Shown piece by piece: positions 39,713 to 41,704 of a stretch of 41,704 nt of DNA. Position 1 is the first letter of the stretch; every line of letters starts with the position of its first letter. Made by a program: the position numbers and the translations under genes. The stretch covers positions 1 through 41,704 of the forward strand of contig JAISGJ010000063.1 of the NCBI GenBank assembly GCA_031263105.1, read 5' to 3'. The notes beneath the pieces are model-generated. The model did no database searches. It saw only the letters and a list, made by a program, of their open reading frames with translations, and had not been told where the DNA came from. Origin of the DNA: Coriobacteriales bacterium (lineage in GTDB: Bacteria > Actinomycetota > Coriobacteriia > Coriobacteriales > UBA8131).

Positions 39713-41494
39713 ATGAGGAACATACACAAACGCTACGCGCGGGAGTCCTATGACGCAGACGGCGTCCTCCAGGAGCTCTCGCTCGTATTCCCCGCAGACT
39801 ACAACTTCTCCTACGACGTGGTGGACGACATCGCCGCCGCCGAGCCCGAGCGCCCGGCTATGGTCTGGTGCAACCCCGAGGGCGAGGAGCACTCCTTCAC
39901 CTTCGGCGACATGAAGCACTGGTCGGACAAGACCGCGAACTTCCTTGCCGAGCAGGGGGTCGGTTACGGCGACCTCGTCCTGGTGATACTGCGGCGCCAC
40001 TACCAGTTCTGGTTCGTGGCGCTGGCGCTCGACAAGCTGGGCGCCGTCGTCGTGCCTGCGACCTTCATGCTCAAGGAGCACGACCTCGAGTACCGTGTCA
40101 ACAGCGCCGGGATACGGACGGTCGTCTGCACCGACGTGGGCGCGATAGCCCAGACCGTCGACGACGCGCTGCCGCTGTGCCCCACGCTTGCGACCCGCAT
40201 CCTCGTCAACGGCGGGGGCGGCGGCCTGAGCGAGGAGGACGGCAGTCCCTTCTCGGGCCCCGAGGGCGTCTGTGCGCGCCGCGCCGGGCGCGAAGGCTGG
40301 CTCGACTTCAACGCCGGCGTCACCGAGGCAAGCCCCGTCTTCGAGCCGCGCGAGACCAAGGCCGCGGACCCCATGATCATGTACTTCTCGAGCGGCACCT
40401 CAGGCAACCCCAAGATGGTGCTCCACGACTCCAGCTACTCGCTCGCGCACCTCGGCACCGCGAAGCACTGGCACAACGTGAGAAGCGATGGCGGCATCCA
40501 CTTCACCATCGCGGACACCGGCTGGGGCAAGGCGGTCTGGGGCAAGCTCTACGGGCAGTGGCTCATGGAGGCCTGCGTGTTCACCTACGACTTCGACCGC
40601 TTCGACGCGGCCGAGATATGCGAGCTCATCAAGCGCTATCGCATCACGACCTTCTGCTGCCCGCCCACGATGTACCGCATCATCATGCAGGGCGACACCG
40701 CGAGCTACGACCTCTCCTCCCTCGAGTACAGCGTGGCGGCTGGCGAGGCGCTGAACCCCGACATCTTCGCGAACTGGGAGAAGCTGACGGGACTTAGGAT
40801 ATTCGACGGCTTCGGCCAGACCGAGACGCCCCTTACGGTCGCGAACATGGTGAACATGACCCCCCGGCCCGGCTCGATGGGCCGCCCTGTGCCCCTGTAC
40901 GACACCCGCATCCTCGACGGGGACGGCAGGGAGTGCGCCGTCGGCCAGACGGGCGAGATATGCATCCGCACCGACACCGGCGATCCCGACCAGCCCTATC
41001 CGCCGGGCGTCATGCTGGAGTACTACCGCGACCCCGACAAGACCTCCCAGGCGGTGTACGGGGGCTGGTACCACACGGGGGACACCGCGTGGAGGGACGA
41101 GGACGGGTACTTCTACTACGTCGGCCGCAACGACGACGTGATAAAGTCCAGCGGCTACCGCATCGGCCCCTTCGAGATCGAGAGCGTCCTGCTCGAGCAT
41201 CCCGCCGTGCGCGAATGCGCCGTCACCGGCGTGCCCGACGAGGTGCGGGGCACGGCGGTCAAGGCGACCGTCGTGCCGGCGCCGGGCTTTGAGGGAGACG
41301 ACGGGCTCACCAGGGAGCTCCAGGGCTGGGTGAAGGAGCGGACCGCTCCTTACAAGTACCCGCGCATCGTCTCCTATGTCGAGGCCCTGCCCAAGACCGT
41401 CAACGGCAAGGTGCGCCGCGCCGCCATCCGCGCCGCCGACGAGCAAGGCGCCGCAGCTGCCCACGACCGCCCCCCCGAGGAGTTCGGGGGCTAG
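39713..41494 (+). CDS. AMP-binding acyl-CoA synthetase (acetyl/medium-chain type)
   Basis: YFSSGTSGNPKMV, GFGQTET, YHTGD, GRNDDVIKSSGYRIGPFEIE, PYKYPR, LPKTVNGK; start ATG 39713. Confidence 0.93.
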   Translation: MRNIHKRYARESYDADGVLQELSLVFPADYNFSYDVVDDIAAAEPERPAMVWCNPEGEEHSFTFGDMKHWSDKTANFLAEQGVGYGDLVLVILRRHYQFWFVALALDKLGAVVVPATFMLKEHDLEYRVNSAGIRTVVCTDVGAIAQTVDDALPLCPTLATRILVNGGGGGLSEEDGSPFSGPEGVCARRAGREGWLDFNAGVTEASPVFEPRETKAADPMIMYFSSGTSGNPKMVLHDSSYSLAHLGTAKHWHNVRSDGGIHFTIADTGWGKAVWGKLYGQWLMEACVFTYDFDRFDAAEICELIKRYRITTFCCPPTMYRIIMQGDTASYDLSSLEYSVAAGEALNPDIFANWEKLTGLRIFDGFGQTETPLTVANMVNMTPRPGSMGRPVPLYDTRILDGDGRECAVGQTGEICIRTDTGDPDQPYPPGVMLEYYRDPDKTSQAVYGGWYHTGDTAWRDEDGYFYYVGRNDDVIKSSGYRIGPFEIESVLLEHPAVRECAVTGVPDEVRGTAVKATVVPAPGFEGDDGLTRELQGWVKERTAPYKYPRIVSYVEALPKTVNGKVRRAAIRAADEQGAAAAHDRPPEEFGG

Positions 41495-41635
41495 GCGTCC
41501 ACCAGTTACTGTTCGCGGGCGGCGCCGCCCCCCCCCCCCCCCCCCCGCCCCCCCCGGGCGTGCGGGGGCATGGCTTCCACCCGTTACGGAGCCCGCCCCC
41601 CCCCCCCCCCCCCTGCCCCCTCGGGCCACCTCGGG

Positions 41636-41690
41636 CCCCACTGTCATCCCGAGCCTGTCGAGGGATCCTCGACCGCGTAAGCGGTCGACT
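41636..41690. repeat. GTCAT(T/C)CC palindromic element, further copy running to the window edge
   Basis: CCCCACTGTCATCCCGAGCCTGTCGAGGGATCCTCGACCGCGTAAGCGGTCGA closely matches the reverse complement of ~11822-11874. Confidence 0.8.
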
Positions 41691-41704
41691 GCGACCGGAA
41701 GGTG

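Overview
High-GC chromosomal window, most consistent with Coriobacteriia (Actinomycetota) by inference from gene content. Left: two divergent giant surface-protein genes; the first has a poly-G tract that puts its likely start out of frame. Middle: housekeeping run of rlmD, ferredoxin, tRNA-Arg(CCG), cyclophilin, TPR protein, ndk, mreBCD-mrdA-rodA, a radical SAM pair, rlmH, chorismate mutase, DAHP synthase, pcrA and RNase P RNA. Right: a serine recombinase followed by two inverted 30-bp crossover-like sites enclosing an extended -10 promoter. This candidate inversion switch sits directly upstream of a low-GC, co-oriented array of about ten mostly unknown membrane or small-protein genes. A VapBC-like pair, an AbiE toxin-antitoxin pair, an XRE-cupin regulator and an acyl-CoA synthetase follow. 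Other notable items are a ~185-nt rod-like hairpin upstream of the ferredoxin, a dispersed GTCAT(T/C)CC palindromic repeat family and a duplication of the rnpB 3' end. All calls were made by eye; no searches were run.
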